In this document: in pieces, positions 1 through 10,646 of the stretch
Position numbering within the stretch: position 1 is the first letter of the stretch
How the letters are laid out: every line of letters starts with the position of its first letter
Sequence record: DRR723986_6770
Direction: 5' to 3' (one strand)
Length of the DNA: 52,187 nucleotides
Position numbers and translations under genes: made by a program
The notes under the pieces: generated by a model
Seen by the model: only the letters and a program-made list of their open reading frames with translations
Told to the model about the DNA's origin: nothing
Database searches by the model: none

Positions 1-2403
1 AGTTGGAGAAGATTCAGCAGAATCAGCTTTGGAGTTCACGGCATCTCTGCTGTGATGATTGCTTTTTCACTTTTTGAGATCATCTACAATCACCGATTTG
101 AGTATTTTTATGCGTATTCCCACAGTTCTGAAGCGCTCCCAGTTCACTACATGATTTCCAGCTTCTGGGAGGGTCAAGAGGGTGCTTTTATTCTTTGGAT
201 CTTTTGGAATGTAGTCTTAGGAACCATCCTTATTTTCACTAATAAATTCTGGGAAGCTCCTGTAATGGTGGTTTTTGCACTAGTTCAGGCATTCTTGGTT
301 TCCATGATTTTAGGTGTGGTGATTGGTGATTTGAAAATCGGTAGTTCTCCTTTCATTCTCTTGAGAGATGCTACTCAGGCGCCGATTTTCCAGATGAATC
401 CTGATTTCGTTCCTGAAGATGGAACAGGCTTAAATCCGCTTTTGCAAAATATCTGGATGGTGATTCACCCGCCAACCTTATTCTTAGGATATGCTTCTAC
501 TTTGGTTCCCTTCGCCTTTTTGATGGGTGGATTGGTGACCAAAAAATACTCTGAATGGATTCGTCCAGCTTTACCTTGGGCGATTTTCTCTGCTATGATC
601 CTTGGTATGGGTATCATCATGGGCGCTTATTGGGCCTATGTGACGCTAAACTTTGGAGGATATTGGAATTGGGATCCTGTAGAAAATGCCGTGTATGTAC
701 CATGGCTAATCTTAGTGGCATCCATTCACACGATGATCACCTATAAGAAAAGCGCAACTGCGCTGAAGACTTCCATTGTCTTGGTGATCATGACTTTCAT
801 TTTGGTACTTTATGCCACTTTCCTAGTGAGATCAGGTGTATTGGGAGATGCTTCAGTTCACTCATTCACCGACCTTGGGCTTTCCGGTCAGTTACTAATT
901 TATATGCTATTTTTCCTTGTGGTAGCAGTGGTTCTTTGCGTGATTCATTGGAAAAATATTCCTACTTCAGAAAAAGAAGCCTCTGTTTACTCCCGTGAAT
1001 TCTGGGTGTTTATCGGTGCAACAACGCTTGCCTTGATGGCGTTTCAGGTAATTCTTCCTACTTCTATTCCTGCATGGAATGCGATGGTGGAAAGCTTTGG
1101 AGGCATTTCCAATATGGCTCCCCCAGCCGATCAGATTGAGTTTTATACAAAATTCCAACTTTGGTTTGCCGTGGCTCTAGCTATGCTTACTGCTGTTGGT
1201 CAGTTTTTCTGGTGGCAAAAAATGGATAAGAAAGCACTAAAAGACGCGCTTTTGACTCCTTACATCATTTCGGTTTTACTTTCTGCAGCGATTATAGTCT
1301 TGGCGAAAGTTTTTGATTGGCAATACATGATCATCGTACTTGCCGGTACATTTACGATCACCGCCAATTCGGTGATTTTAGCCAAAATCCTAAAGAAATC
1401 AACTTTCAAACTAGCAGGTGGTTCTTTGGCACATATTGGTTTGGGTATGATTCTAATAGGTATCATGTTTAGCTCTGGGTATTCAGATACCATTTCCATC
1501 AATATGTCCGGCCTCACTTATAGCAATAGCTGGGAAGACGAACTGAACAAGGAGCATGTGTTGCTTTGGATCAATAAACCAACTCAGATGAAGGACTATA
1601 CAGTGATCTACCGTGGTCGTCAGAAGAAGGTAAAAGGTATCTCAGAATATGTTCCTGCCAAGATTTTGGAACCAACAGGTAAAGTAAATGAAGCCCTCGC
1701 TTTGGAGGATTATAAAGATTACTTCAAGAAAGGCGATAAAGTAGACATCGTCTTGGAAGAAAATGACTACTTCCAGATCGAATATTATCAAAACGAAGTA
1801 CTGAAGTTTTCGCTTAGCCCAATGTCTCAGTTCAATGAAGGCATGGGGGGATTGATTTCGTCCCCAGCGTCTAGGATCTTTATAGACAAGGATCTTTATA
1901 CGTATGTGGCTGCCATGAATGATTCTGAGGATCCGGATTGGAAAGAAGATGAGGTTTATGAAGTTGCTCCAGGTGAGCAGTTCCACATCGCAGATTATGT
2001 TACCTACTTTGACGGAGCTGATGTCCTGAAGGAATTGGATGGATATGTGCTGCAAGAAGGCGACGTAGCAGTACGAGCGAATCTTCGAATTCTTGATTAC
2101 GACGTAGAGAAATCAATTCAGCCAACATTCATTATCAGAAACAACCAAGTTGGGAAGCTACCAGTAGTAGATAATGAGCTTGGCATCAAAGTAAGTCTTG
2201 AAAACATCTTGCCTGAGGAAAATAAGTTTGTCTTCAAGGTCAATCAATATCAAAAAGACTATGTGGTAATGAAGGCTATAGTGAAGCCTTATATCAATAT
2301 CCTTTGGATAGGAACAATCATTATGCTTGCTGGATTCACCGTAGCTATCTTCAGAAGATTTGATGAGTTTAAAAAGATGCGGGATAAAGGAATGGAAGTT
2401 TAA
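1..2403 (+). CDS. ccmF: Cytochrome c biogenesis heme lyase CcmF/CcsA family protein, 5'-truncated
   Basis: Polytopic membrane protein with the WWD motif FGGYWNWDPVEN, plus LNPLLQ..WMVIHPP and VHSF. The frame is open from base 1, so the true start lies upstream of the window. Confidence 0.9.
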   Translation, partial: SWRRFSRISFGVHGISAVMIAFSLFEIIYNHRFEYFYAYSHSSEALPVHYMISSFWEGQEGAFILWIFWNVVLGTILIFTNKFWEAPVMVVFALVQAFLVSMILGVVIGDLKIGSSPFILLRDATQAPIFQMNPDFVPEDGTGLNPLLQNIWMVIHPPTLFLGYASTLVPFAFLMGGLVTKKYSEWIRPALPWAIFSAMILGMGIIMGAYWAYVTLNFGGYWNWDPVENAVYVPWLILVASIHTMITYKKSATALKTSIVLVIMTFILVLYATFLVRSGVLGDASVHSFTDLGLSGQLLIYMLFFLVVAVVLCVIHWKNIPTSEKEASVYSREFWVFIGATTLALMAFQVILPTSIPAWNAMVESFGGISNMAPPADQIEFYTKFQLWFAVALAMLTAVGQFFWWQKMDKKALKDALLTPYIISVLLSAAIIVLAKVFDWQYMIIVLAGTFTITANSVILAKILKKSTFKLAGGSLAHIGLGMILIGIMFSSGYSDTISINMSGLTYSNSWEDELNKEHVLLWINKPTQMKDYTVIYRGRQKKVKGISEYVPAKILEPTGKVNEALALEDYKDYFKKGDKVDIVLEENDYFQIEYYQNEVLKFSLSPMSQFNEGMGGLISSPASRIFIDKDLYTYVAAMNDSEDPDWKEDEVYEVAPGEQFHIADYVTYFDGADVLKELDGYVLQEGDVAVRANLRILDYDVEKSIQPTFIIRNNQVGKLPVVDNELGIKVSLENILPEENKFVFKVNQYQKDYVVMKAIVKPYINILWIGTIIMLAGFTVAIFRRFDEFKKMRDKGMEV

Positions 2404-2416
2404 AGGCTGAAACCAT

Positions 2417-2455
2417 AAAAAAACGAAGCCCGGCGAGATTAATCGTCGGGCTTCG
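2417..2455 (-). terminator. Intrinsic terminator between convergent ccmF and GH3 genes
   Basis: Hairpin CGAAGCCCGGCGA-gattaa-TCGTCGGGCTTCG preceded by an A7 run, which is a U-tail on the minus strand. Confidence 0.75.
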
Positions 2456-2480
2456 ATGTTCTAGGCTAACTAGAAAAGTA

Positions 2481-4016
2481 CTACTGTGCTTCTGCGCTTT
2501 GAATCATTTCCAAAAGCTCGTCAAGGTATTCTCTGGAATTAGACAATCTAGGCACTTTATGTTGACCTCCGAGTTTACCTCGTTTCCGCATCCACTTCTC
2601 AAATAAGCCATGTGGAGCATGATGGATGATTGGTTCTATCAATGCCAGGCCTTTATGGCGCTTGGCATCGTAGTCAGAATTTATTTCTCGTAAATGCTCA
2701 TCCACTAATCTGTTAAACTCATTTGGATCAGCAGGTTCTTTTTGAAATTCCACAACCCATTCATGAGCCCCCTTTGATCCAGAACCATCAAAATAAACTG
2801 GAGCAGCTGTGAAATTAGAAATCATAGCATCTGTATGCTCAGCGGCGAATTGGATCGCTTTTTCGGCATTTTCCACAATCACTTCCTCGCCAAATGCATT
2901 AATGAAATGACGTGTCCGTCCTGAAATTCTAAATCGATAAGGTGAGGTGGAAGTGAATTTCACCGTATCACCAATTTTATATCGCCAAAGTCCACCGTTA
3001 GTAGTTATCACTAAAGCATAATTCTTACCAACTTCTACTTGAGACAAAGGAATCACTTCTGGATTTTCATTATCCCACTCTTCCATGGAAATAAATTCAT
3101 AGAAAATCCCATAATCCAACAACAGTAATAACTCATCAGAATCTTTCTGATCCTGAATCCCAAAAAATCCTTCCGAAGCATTATAGGTTTCCATATAACG
3201 CATCTTTTCTGAAGGAATAAGCTCCTTGAAAAGACTTCTATATGGCCCAAAAGCAACCGCACCGTGGAAGAAAATCTCAAGATTTGGCCAAACTTCTGTA
3301 ATGTTCTTGGCTTTCTTGAGCTCCAAGACTTTTTGCAAAAGAACAATAGTCCAAGTAGGAACTCCAGCCATGCACGTCACATCTTCATCCATGGTTTCGC
3401 GAGCCATTTTTTCAATCTTGGCTTCCCATTCTCCCATCAAAGCAGTTTCCTTGGATGGAGTTCGGACAAAATACGACCAAAATGGTAGGTTCTCCATGAT
3501 CACCGCAGAGATGTCTCCAGCTCTTGCAGTTCCTTGAGGATTCAGTGGGTTGTTATCAAGAGTTCCACCTATGGTTAATGTCTTTCCGGCAAACATTCTG
3601 GAGTCAGGATAATTGGCCATGTAAAGCGCCACCATGTCCTTTCCTCCTTTATAATGACATTCTTCCAGGCTTTCATGTGTCACTGGAATGTACTTGCTAC
3701 GACTTGCAGTTGTTCCCGAAGACTTAGCAAACCATTCTATTTCCCGATTCCATATCACATTATCCTTACCTTCCATCGTCTTATCGATGAATGGCTTGAA
3801 GCTATCGTAGTTTCTTATAGGTACTCTGCGTGCAAAATCTGCATAGGACTTTATCTCCGAAAATCGATGCTCAACTCCAAAATCTGTATTTTTTCCAGCT
3901 TCCAAAAGCTCCTTAAAAATTGCCTCCTGAACAGCAATTGGATTGTGCTTGAAATTTTCGATTTGACCAAGACGACTCCTAAAAATCCAGGTCATAAAGG
4001 AATTCAGAACCGCCAT
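2481..4016 (-). CDS. GH3 (auxin-responsive promoter family) acyl-adenylate-forming enzyme
   Basis: Motifs SSGTT, YNASEG and WRYKIGD, with C-terminal GGQHKVPR; 511 aa. Confidence 0.88.
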   Translation of the reverse strand: MAVLNSFMTWIFRSRLGQIENFKHNPIAVQEAIFKELLEAGKNTDFGVEHRFSEIKSYADFARRVPIRNYDSFKPFIDKTMEGKDNVIWNREIEWFAKSSGTTASRSKYIPVTHESLEECHYKGGKDMVALYMANYPDSRMFAGKTLTIGGTLDNNPLNPQGTARAGDISAVIMENLPFWSYFVRTPSKETALMGEWEAKIEKMARETMDEDVTCMAGVPTWTIVLLQKVLELKKAKNITEVWPNLEIFFHGAVAFGPYRSLFKELIPSEKMRYMETYNASEGFFGIQDQKDSDELLLLLDYGIFYEFISMEEWDNENPEVIPLSQVEVGKNYALVITTNGGLWRYKIGDTVKFTSTSPYRFRISGRTRHFINAFGEEVIVENAEKAIQFAAEHTDAMISNFTAAPVYFDGSGSKGAHEWVVEFQKEPADPNEFNRLVDEHLREINSDYDAKRHKGLALIEPIIHHAPHGLFEKWMRKRGKLGGQHKVPRLSNSREYLDELLEMIQSAEAQ

Positions 4017-4753
4017 TAATTAAAAACTTTTCGTTTCAACTCGAAATTAGATCCTAAATACACTTTTCTCACTTGCTCATCGGCGGCAAGTTCTTCCGCC
4101 GTTCCAGCCTTTAGCAACTTACCTTCAAACATTAAGTATGCTCTATCAGTGATGGACAAAGTCTCATTCACATTGTGATCAGTGATCAAAATACCAATAT
4201 TTTTGGTTTTTAGCTTTGCAACGATAGTCTGGATTTCCTCCACAGCAATGGGATCCACACCTGCAAAAGGCTCATCCAACAGCACAAATTTCGGGTCAAC
4301 AGCCAATGCTCTCGCAATTTCAGTTCTTCGTCTTTCACCGCCCGAAAGTACCATTCCCAGATTTTTGCGAACGTGTGTTAAGCTGAATTCCTCCAGAAGG
4401 CTCTCTACTTTTTCTTTGCGTTGTTGCTTTGGCATTTTGGTCATTTCCAAGACAGCCATGATATTTTCTTCTACCGAAAGTTTACGAAAAACCGACGCTT
4501 CCTGAGCCAAATATCCTATTCCCTGCTTTGCTCTGCGGTACATAGGAAGACTCGTGATATCATCATTTTCGAGAAAAATTTTGCCTTCATTCGGCTGAAT
4601 CAAGCCTACAATCATGTAAAATGAAGTGGTTTTTCCAGCACCATTAGGTCCTAAAAGTCCTACAATTTCACCTTGACTAACTTCCACAGAGATGTCATTC
4701 ACCACCCGGCGACCTTTGTAGATTTTTACTAAATGTTCGGCTCGAAGAATCAT
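4016..4753 (-). CDS. lptB: LPS export ABC transporter ATP-binding protein
   Basis: Walker A GPNGAGKT, signature [19 protein letters not shown] and ITDHNV. The ATG at 4753 was preferred over the TTG at 4762. Confidence 0.95.
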   Translation of the reverse strand: MILRAEHLVKIYKGRRVVNDISVEVSQGEIVGLLGPNGAGKTTSFYMIVGLIQPNEGKIFLENDDITSLPMYRRAKQGIGYLAQEASVFRKLSVEENIMAVLEMTKMPKQQRKEKVESLLEEFSLTHVRKNLGMVLSGGERRRTEIARALAVDPKFVLLDEPFAGVDPIAVEEIQTIVAKLKTKNIGILITDHNVNETLSITDRAYLMFEGKLLKAGTAEELAADEQVRKVYLGSNFELKRKVFN

Positions 4754-4754
4754 A

Positions 4755-6479
4755 TCAATCAAATTTGATGTCTTTCACGTAGAGTTGCAAACTGCTCTTA
4801 TCGCGAAATACATTTTCTCTCATTTCAGCAACTATATCAAATCGCATTTTTCCGCGAAGCATATTTACGGTGGTCAAGTCAGGATCTTTGGTCCGATCTG
4901 CCATTCCAAATCCCAGACAAACCGGTGTAGTCACCTGACCATCCTGTACTATTTTGAACCTCAGATGCTTATCCTTTAAGACTGTCACATCTTCCGCGTA
5001 AACATTTGAGATTCGGAAAATTGGCTCTGTATTTCCTGGACCAAATGGCGCCATTTGCTTCAAGATATTATAAAACTTGTAATTAATCTGATCTAAAAGC
5101 AATTCATCGTCAACTTCTATCACTGGCTTGCGATGAACTTCCTCGATTCTACTCTTCACCACCGCTTCAAATTTCTCCTGAAATGCTGGTACATTTTCCA
5201 CCGGAAGTGTCAATCCTGCCGCATACATATGCCCTCCAAATTGGTCAAGCAAATCAGCACATTCTTCTATTGCTTCGTAAATATTAAAGTCCACAACCGA
5301 TCTGGCGCTTCCTGTAGCTTTGCCATTTGACTCCGTCAAAATAATAGTAGGTCGATAATACTTTTCAATACAACGACTAGCTACGATTCCAATTACGCCT
5401 TTGTGCCAATCATCTTTGAAGAGTACGGTAGAATTCCATTCTACCAATTCCTCCCGGGAAGCAATCATTTCAAAAGCTTCCTTAGTAATATTTTCGTCAA
5501 AATTCCTTCGGGTTGCATTCACTTCATCCACGACTTTGGCTCGCTCCATGGCGCCTTCTAAGTCTGAAGAAATGAGTAATTCCACCGAAGCTTTTGCATG
5601 CTCGAGTCGTCCGGAAGCGTTAATTCTCGGACCAATTTTGAAAACCACATCAGAAATCCCAATGTCCTTTTCGAGATTGCTACTTAGCATTAATGCCTTC
5701 AATCCTGGACGTGGAGTATTATTCAATCGATCCAGGCCGTAATAGGCAAGAATTCTGTTTTCTCCTGTAATAGGAACGATATCGGCAGCGATACTCACCG
5801 CAACCAAATCCAAATAGGCGTCCAACTGGGAACTTTCCATCCCGCGCTTCATGGCAATAGCTTGAATCAGTTTGAAACCAACGCCCGCACCACTCAATTC
5901 CTTATATGGGTAATCACAATCCTTACGCTTGGCATCCAAAACTGCCACTGCCGCGGGAAGCTCCTCGCCAGGCGTATGGTGATCACAAATGATAAAATCA
6001 ACACCTAATTTAGTAGCCAAAGCCACCTTTTCAATTGCCTTGATCCCGCAATCGAGCGCGATAATCAACTTAATATCATTATCTGCTGCGAAACGAACGC
6101 CCTTCTCAGAAATACCGTAACCCTCTTTGTAACGATCTGGAATATAAAATACCACATCAGGGTAGAAGGTTTTCAAAAATCCATACATCAGCGCAACTGC
6201 AGTCGTGCCATCCACATCATAGTCTCCATAGACCATAATCTTTTGCTCCATAGCAATGGCTTCCTGAATTCTATCCACAGCCTCCCTCATATCCTTCATC
6301 AGAAAAGGATCGTGAAGCATCACTAAGGAAGGGCGGAAGTAACTCTTCGCCTGCTCAAAACTCTCCACCCCTCGGTTTATCAGCATATTGGCCAATGTCG
6401 GATTGACATTGATCTCCTTGCTCAGCTGATCTATCGCTGGTTGTGAGGTTTTGGGCTTTTGTTTCCAGAGGTACTCCAT
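4755..6479 (-). CDS. recJ: Single-stranded-DNA-specific exonuclease
   Basis: DHH family motifs GDYDVDG, DCG, DHH, RINASGR, GSARS and GGH. Confidence 0.95.
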   Translation of the reverse strand: MEYLWKQKPKTSQPAIDQLSKEINVNPTLANMLINRGVESFEQAKSYFRPSLVMLHDPFLMKDMREAVDRIQEAIAMEQKIMVYGDYDVDGTTAVALMYGFLKTFYPDVVFYIPDRYKEGYGISEKGVRFAADNDIKLIIALDCGIKAIEKVALATKLGVDFIICDHHTPGEELPAAVAVLDAKRKDCDYPYKELSGAGVGFKLIQAIAMKRGMESSQLDAYLDLVAVSIAADIVPITGENRILAYYGLDRLNNTPRPGLKALMLSSNLEKDIGISDVVFKIGPRINASGRLEHAKASVELLISSDLEGAMERAKVVDEVNATRRNFDENITKEAFEMIASREELVEWNSTVLFKDDWHKGVIGIVASRCIEKYYRPTIILTESNGKATGSARSVVDFNIYEAIEECADLLDQFGGHMYAAGLTLPVENVPAFQEKFEAVVKSRIEEVHRKPVIEVDDELLLDQINYKFYNILKQMAPFGPGNTEPIFRISNVYAEDVTVLKDKHLRFKIVQDGQVTTPVCLGFGMADRTKDPDLTTVNMLRGKMRFDIVAEMRENVFRDKSSLQLYVKDIKFD

Positions 6480-6582
6480 GAAGCTAATTTAGTAAACTAA
6501 GTTTCTTGTAATTTTATAATTAAAAGTATTGGTTCTATAATCGGCTATGGCAGCCTAAAAGTTTACTTGAAAGCAAAAAATA

Positions 6583-6771
6583 CTAGCTTTTTGCTTTTTT
6601 ATATTTTCCCCAAAAATATACCGGGAAAATAAGTGCTTTAAGCTTCCAGTCGTTTTTCTCAGTCAAAGTTAAGCTGGAATCCTCATGCACAGCACGATAC
6701 ATTTTTCCTGCAAAAAGACAATGTCCAATTAGCAAGACAAAAACGATGGCGTAAATAATCAGTTCGGTCAT
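6583..6771 (-). CDS. Small hypothetical membrane protein (62 aa)
   Basis: ATG start, N-terminal hydrophobic helix, and co-orientation with its neighbours. Confidence 0.7.
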   Translation of the reverse strand: MTELIIYAIVFVLLIGHCLFAGKMYRAVHEDSSLTLTEKNDWKLKALIFPVYFWGKYKKAKS

Positions 6772-6944
6772 TTTGGGGAAAAGAGTGGTAAAGTTTTAAA
6801 GTGGTAAAGTGTGTCAAATACTAAGGTTAATTAAGACTTTTACCCTTTATTTAAGATTTTTGATTTACGATTTACGGCGGCAAAGCAGAGTTGAAGAATG
6901 GGATAATCTAAACCATACAACTCACAAATGTTACAACTTACTTT

Positions 6945-6972
6945 TTTTACTTCCAACTTCGGTCTGCTGTCT
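6945..6972 (-). repeat. Degenerate heptamer array immediately after the prmA stop codon
   Basis: The sense strand reads TGA-AGACAGC-AGACCGA-AGTTGGA-AGTAAAA. Confidence 0.45.
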
Positions 6973-7803
6973 TCAAGCGTTCTTCTGTAAAATCAACGCT
7001 GCCCAGTTGTCCTTGCTTTGCTGAGAAATCAACTCCAAGCCAAGTGGCTTTGCGCAAGCATCCAAATCATCAATATCCTCTGTGTAAAACCCACTGAGTA
7101 ACAAAAACCCTTGTGGCTTCAACAAACCAGCATAAATCCCCATTTCATCAAGTAATACATTCTTATTGATGTTAGCTAGAACTATGTCGAATTCACCCTG
7201 CGGATTTACTTCTCTGATCGTCCCCAACTCCATTCGGGTGGTTAATCCATTCAAGTCAAAATTTTCATTTCCATTATCCACACACCAATCATCGATATCA
7301 AAAGCTTCGATTTCCCTAGCTCCGAGTAAATGCGCCATTACAGCAAGAATTCCAGTTCCCGAACCCACATCCAACACACGCTTTCCTTGGTGGTCTATCT
7401 GACCTTGATGACGAAGCATCTGGAAAGTAGTCGCATGATGACCTGTCCCAAAAGACATTTTGGGATTGATTACAATCTCGTGTTTGAACTCAGGCTTGCT
7501 TGGGTGAAAAGACGCTCTCACGTAAACCAGATCGTCAACAGCAATGGGATCGTAATTCTTTTCCCATTCCTCATTCCAGTTGACCTTCGGCATCACTCCT
7601 TCTTCCAAAGTGATTTCAGCATCCACTTTATATTGGGCGATCACTTCATCGAAAGCTGCACGATCAAAATCTGACTCTAGCGTATAAGCGTCGATTCCTT
7701 CCTCAGTTTCGAGGAAGGAATCAAAGCCTATCATGGATAGTTCGGCGATAAGGATTTCCCGGAATTGCTCCAGGCACTTGATTTTAAACTCCAGGTAATC
7801 CAT
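6973..7803 (-). CDS. prmA: 50S ribosomal protein L11 methyltransferase
   Basis: Motifs INPKMSFGTGHHATT, VLDVGSGTGIL and LANI. Confidence 0.95.
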   Translation of the reverse strand: MDYLEFKIKCLEQFREILIAELSMIGFDSFLETEEGIDAYTLESDFDRAAFDEVIAQYKVDAEITLEEGVMPKVNWNEEWEKNYDPIAVDDLVYVRASFHPSKPEFKHEIVINPKMSFGTGHHATTFQMLRHQGQIDHQGKRVLDVGSGTGILAVMAHLLGAREIEAFDIDDWCVDNGNENFDLNGLTTRMELGTIREVNPQGEFDIVLANINKNVLLDEMGIYAGLLKPQGFLLLSGFYTEDIDDLDACAKPLGLELISQQSKDNWAALILQKNA

Positions 7804-7809
7804 TTTTTC

Positions 7810-8571
7810 TTAGAATGATTTGATAATATCTACGAAGTCACGGGACTTCAACGATGCTCCACCGATCAATCCTCCATCTACATCAGGCTTTGCGAAAAGC
7901 TCCTGAGCATTCTTTGGATTACAGCTACCTCCATAAAGGATGGAAGTGTTATCAGCAATGTCTTTTCCGTATTTAGAAGCGATGTGTCTTCTCAAGGCCG
8001 CATGCATGTCCTGAGCTTCCTCAGAGCTTGCTGTTTTGCCCGTACCAATTGCCCAGATCGGCTCATAAGCAATTACGATCTTGGAGAAATCCTCAGGACT
8101 CAAGTCAAAAAGACCTTCTGTCAATTGGAATTTCACATTTGGCTCATGGGTACCTGCAGTTCTGATTTCAAGAGATTCCCCACAGCAAAAGATTGGAGTC
8201 AAGCCATTGGCAAGCGCAAGCTTTACCTTGGTAGCAAGCATCTCATTGCTTTCTTTGAAATATTCACGGCGCTCGCTATGACCAATGATCACATATTGTG
8301 CTCCAAAAGAAGCTAGGATCTTTGCAGAAACTTCACCTGTGAATGCTCCAGCTTCCTTATCAGAACAGTTCTGAGCTCCGATGAAAACACCTTTTGCTTG
8401 TCCTATAAGTTTTTTGACTGGGAAAATATGTGGGAAAGGTGGGTTAAGCACAGCGATAGCTTCGCCAGAATGCTCGTCCTTCATCATGTTTAATATTTCG
8501 GAAGTAAGGGTCTGACCTTCTTCGAAGGTCATGTTCATTTTCCAGTTGCCGGCTACGATTTTCTTACGCAT
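7810..8571 (-). CDS. tpiA: Triosephosphate isomerase
   Basis: Motifs [24 protein letters not shown] and GGASL. Confidence 0.98.
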   Translation of the reverse strand: MRKKIVAGNWKMNMTFEEGQTLTSEILNMMKDEHSGEAIAVLNPPFPHIFPVKKLIGQAKGVFIGAQNCSDKEAGAFTGEVSAKILASFGAQYVIIGHSERREYFKESNEMLATKVKLALANGLTPIFCCGESLEIRTAGTHEPNVKFQLTEGLFDLSPEDFSKIVIAYEPIWAIGTGKTASSEEAQDMHAALRRHIASKYGKDIADNTSILYGGSCNPKNAQELFAKPDVDGGLIGGASLKSRDFVDIIKSF

Positions 8572-8643
8572 AATGAGTTTTGAAAATTTAATAAGGTTTG
8601 ATAAAAAAGGGATTCGCTATAATTTGGTTTAAAATTACGGAAA

Positions 8644-9159
8644 ATGTCCAGTTGGGGAAAATATAAGCCAAATGAGTCAGGAAAAAACTCCTGGTCGCAG
8701 GAAGAAGCTTTTGAAAAGCTAACAACTTTCTGTGCTTATCAGGAGCGTTGTCCCTGGGAAGTTCGGCGGAAACTTTATGAAAAAGGTATCAAAGATGAGC
8801 CTGCGGAGAAAATAATTTCGGAATTGATAGCAGCCGAATTTTTGAATGAGGAGCGTTATGCGAGATCTTTTGCACGTGGCAAATTCAGGCTGAAAAAATG
8901 GGGCAGGAACCGAATTCGGATAGAACTGAAAATGCGGGAAATCTCAGAAGACCTCATCCGAAAAGGCATGACTGAAATCGATCCTGAAGAATATTACGAC
9001 ACACTTTTATCCCAGACAGAAAAAAAGTGGGAAACCACAAGTGAACCCGATACTTACAAGAAGAAATTTAAAGTCACGCAGTATTTGATGAGCAAGGGGT
9101 TTGAGATGGATTTGGTGAAGGAAGCGATTGAGAGTTTGATTAGTGATCAGTCGCAGTGA
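8644..9159 (+). CDS. recX: Regulatory protein RecX
   Basis: Motifs CAYQERC, FLNEERYA, KWGRNRIRIEL and YLMSKGF. Confidence 0.9.
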   Translation: MSSWGKYKPNESGKNSWSQEEAFEKLTTFCAYQERCPWEVRRKLYEKGIKDEPAEKIISELIAAEFLNEERYARSFARGKFRLKKWGRNRIRIELKMREISEDLIRKGMTEIDPEEYYDTLLSQTEKKWETTSEPDTYKKKFKVTQYLMSKGFEMDLVKEAIESLISDQSQ

Positions 9160-9185
9160 TCAGTCGCAGTTTTGTAGTCCGCAGG
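9142..9185 (+). repeat. AGTnnnC 6-8-mer array spanning the recX stop codon
   Basis: AGTGATC-AGTCGC-AGTGATC-AGTCGC-AGTTTTGT-AGTCCGC, including a perfect 13-bp duplication at 9142-9167. Confidence 0.7.
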
Positions 9186-9228
9186 TGACAATGCCTAAAA
9201 AACGTTGACCGATTTGCCTAACTGGTTA

Positions 9229-10179
9229 TCATTGTAATCGATCATATTCCAGAGTGATATTTGATCCTAAGGATGTTTTCCCACAGCCCAGAGGGCTGTT
9301 ACTTTCCCTCTGGTTGCTGTTTTGATATTCCGTCATTGACTTCTCTCCGTCGGATGTTTTCCCGCATTGAATATACATCTTTTCGAAAGTTAATGGGCTA
9401 ACTCTTTTAAGTGCTTTGTGAGGTTTTTCTTCGTTGTACAGTTTCACCGAACGGTCAACTTGTTTGACCAGTTCACTAAAGCATCCAATTGATCTATGTC
9501 TTAGATAATTATTCTTGATCACTCCATTGATCCGCTCAGCTTTGCCATTGTCCCAGGGGTACTCACACATACTGTTGACCATTCCTATACTTTGAGTTTT
9601 CTTTAAAAACTCCTTATCATAATATTGCCCTCCTCCGTCAGAATGAAGGATCGTTCCTGTCAGATCAATTCCCTTCCTACAACTAATGGCCATCTCCAAA
9701 GCGGTAAGTGTAGTCTGCTCAGTAAACAGCCGTTTCGAGACACTATACCCTACAATAAATCTCGAATATGCATCAAGAATAAAGGTCAGGTAATAGAACC
9801 TTCTGTTCACTTCAAAATAGGTAATATCACTCACCCATAACTGGTTAATTCTACTCAATTTTAAATCGATAGTAAGATTCTCAAACCGAATAACACCCTG
9901 ACTATCCGTAGTTCTACTGTAATTAACCGGTCTTTCAGAAACTAGCCCATACCCCCTGCAGAACCCCTCAAAAGCATCTCTGCCTATACACTCCGGACGC
10001 AGTAAATAGTACATATCTCTAACCCCCATCGTTGGGTGGTCAGCCCGCACTTCATAAACCAGAAACAGCAGCTGATGGTAATAGGATTCTTCCAGTATCT
10101 GGCGATTTAAACGCTGATGAAAAGCTTGCTTGCTGATTCCCAATGTGCGGTAAAGCTGATTTAAACTCTGATCCATCAC
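9229..10179 (-). CDS. IS3-family transposase OrfB (DDE integrase core)
   Basis: DDE motifs WVSDITY, LHSDGGGQY and NGKAERING; lies in the -1 frame relative to OrfA. Confidence 0.92.
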   Translation of the reverse strand: MMDQSLNQLYRTLGISKQAFHQRLNRQILEESYYHQLLFLVYEVRADHPTMGVRDMYYLLRPECIGRDAFEGFCRGYGLVSERPVNYSRTTDSQGVIRFENLTIDLKLSRINQLWVSDITYFEVNRRFYYLTFILDAYSRFIVGYSVSKRLFTEQTTLTALEMAISCRKGIDLTGTILHSDGGGQYYDKEFLKKTQSIGMVNSMCEYPWDNGKAERINGVIKNNYLRHRSIGCFSELVKQVDRSVKLYNEEKPHKALKRVSPLTFEKMYIQCGKTSDGEKSMTEYQNSNQRESNSPLGCGKTSLGSNITLEYDRLQ

Positions 10180-10586
10180 TTGGCGGCTTTTCCAGTAGTA
10201 CTCGACGGTTCTCCAGAAAATTTTTTTTTAATATCAACCTGATATTCCTCTTCTGCCAGCTCGATCATCTTTTGCTGAAAATCAATCAGAAGCTGCTTCT
10301 GTCCGACTACACGTTCTAATTCTGCTACTTTCTTCTTGAGTTCCAACAGCTGAACAGTGTCACTTTGGCTCTCTACGATTAGACGCTCTTTCTTCGCTTT
10401 CATACTGCCGAATTTAAGTATCCAGCGCCGCACTGACATATCAGAAACCTGATATTGTTGACGAAGATCTCGGATACTTACTATCCCTAGCTCCAGATCC
10501 CTAACTTTTTCCTTTCTGAAATTGTCACTAAACCTGCGAACTCTGCGCTCCGGCTCACTCATTGTAAATTGTTCTCGTCTTGCCAT
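10176..10586 (-). CDS. IS3-family transposase OrfA (HTH plus coiled coil)
   Basis: RRFSDNFRKEKV..SVRRWI HTH-like segment, LKKKVAELERVVG coiled coil, and an A9 slippery run near the 3' end. Confidence 0.88.
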   Translation of the reverse strand: MARREQFTMSEPERRVRRFSDNFRKEKVRDLELGIVSIRDLRQQYQVSDMSVRRWILKFGSMKAKKERLIVESQSDTVQLLELKKKVAELERVVGQKQLLIDFQQKMIELAEEEYQVDIKKKFSGEPSSTTGKAAK

Positions 10587-10646
10587 TTTTTGATTAGTTT
10601 TAATCAGGCAAAAACGGTCAACTTATTTCAGGCACTGACAAACGTG

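Larger units (their letters stand above)
9186..10640 (-). mobile_element. IS3-family insertion sequence, 1455 bp
   Basis: TG...CA ends. The imperfect terminal inverted repeats are TGACAATGCCTAAAAAACGTTGACCGATTTGCC and (reverse complement) TGTCAGTGCCTGAAATAAGTTGACCGTTTTTGCC. Contains orfA and orfB; no target-site duplication visible. Confidence 0.92.

Noticed and set aside
6781-6876. Short period-8 (AAAGTGGT) and GATTTAC repeats, and ORF 6809-7024
   Set aside because: Only 2-4 degenerate units that are not anchored at a stop codon; the ORF overlaps prmA antisense and has no support.
9142-9185. Possible CRISPR array, also considered at 27245-27293 and 31163-31199
   Set aside because: Units are 6-13 bp with no unique spacers, and there are no cas genes.
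10052-10237. Third ORF inside the IS
   Set aside because: It lies in the remaining frame overlapping the OrfA/OrfB junction and is not needed to explain the fusion.
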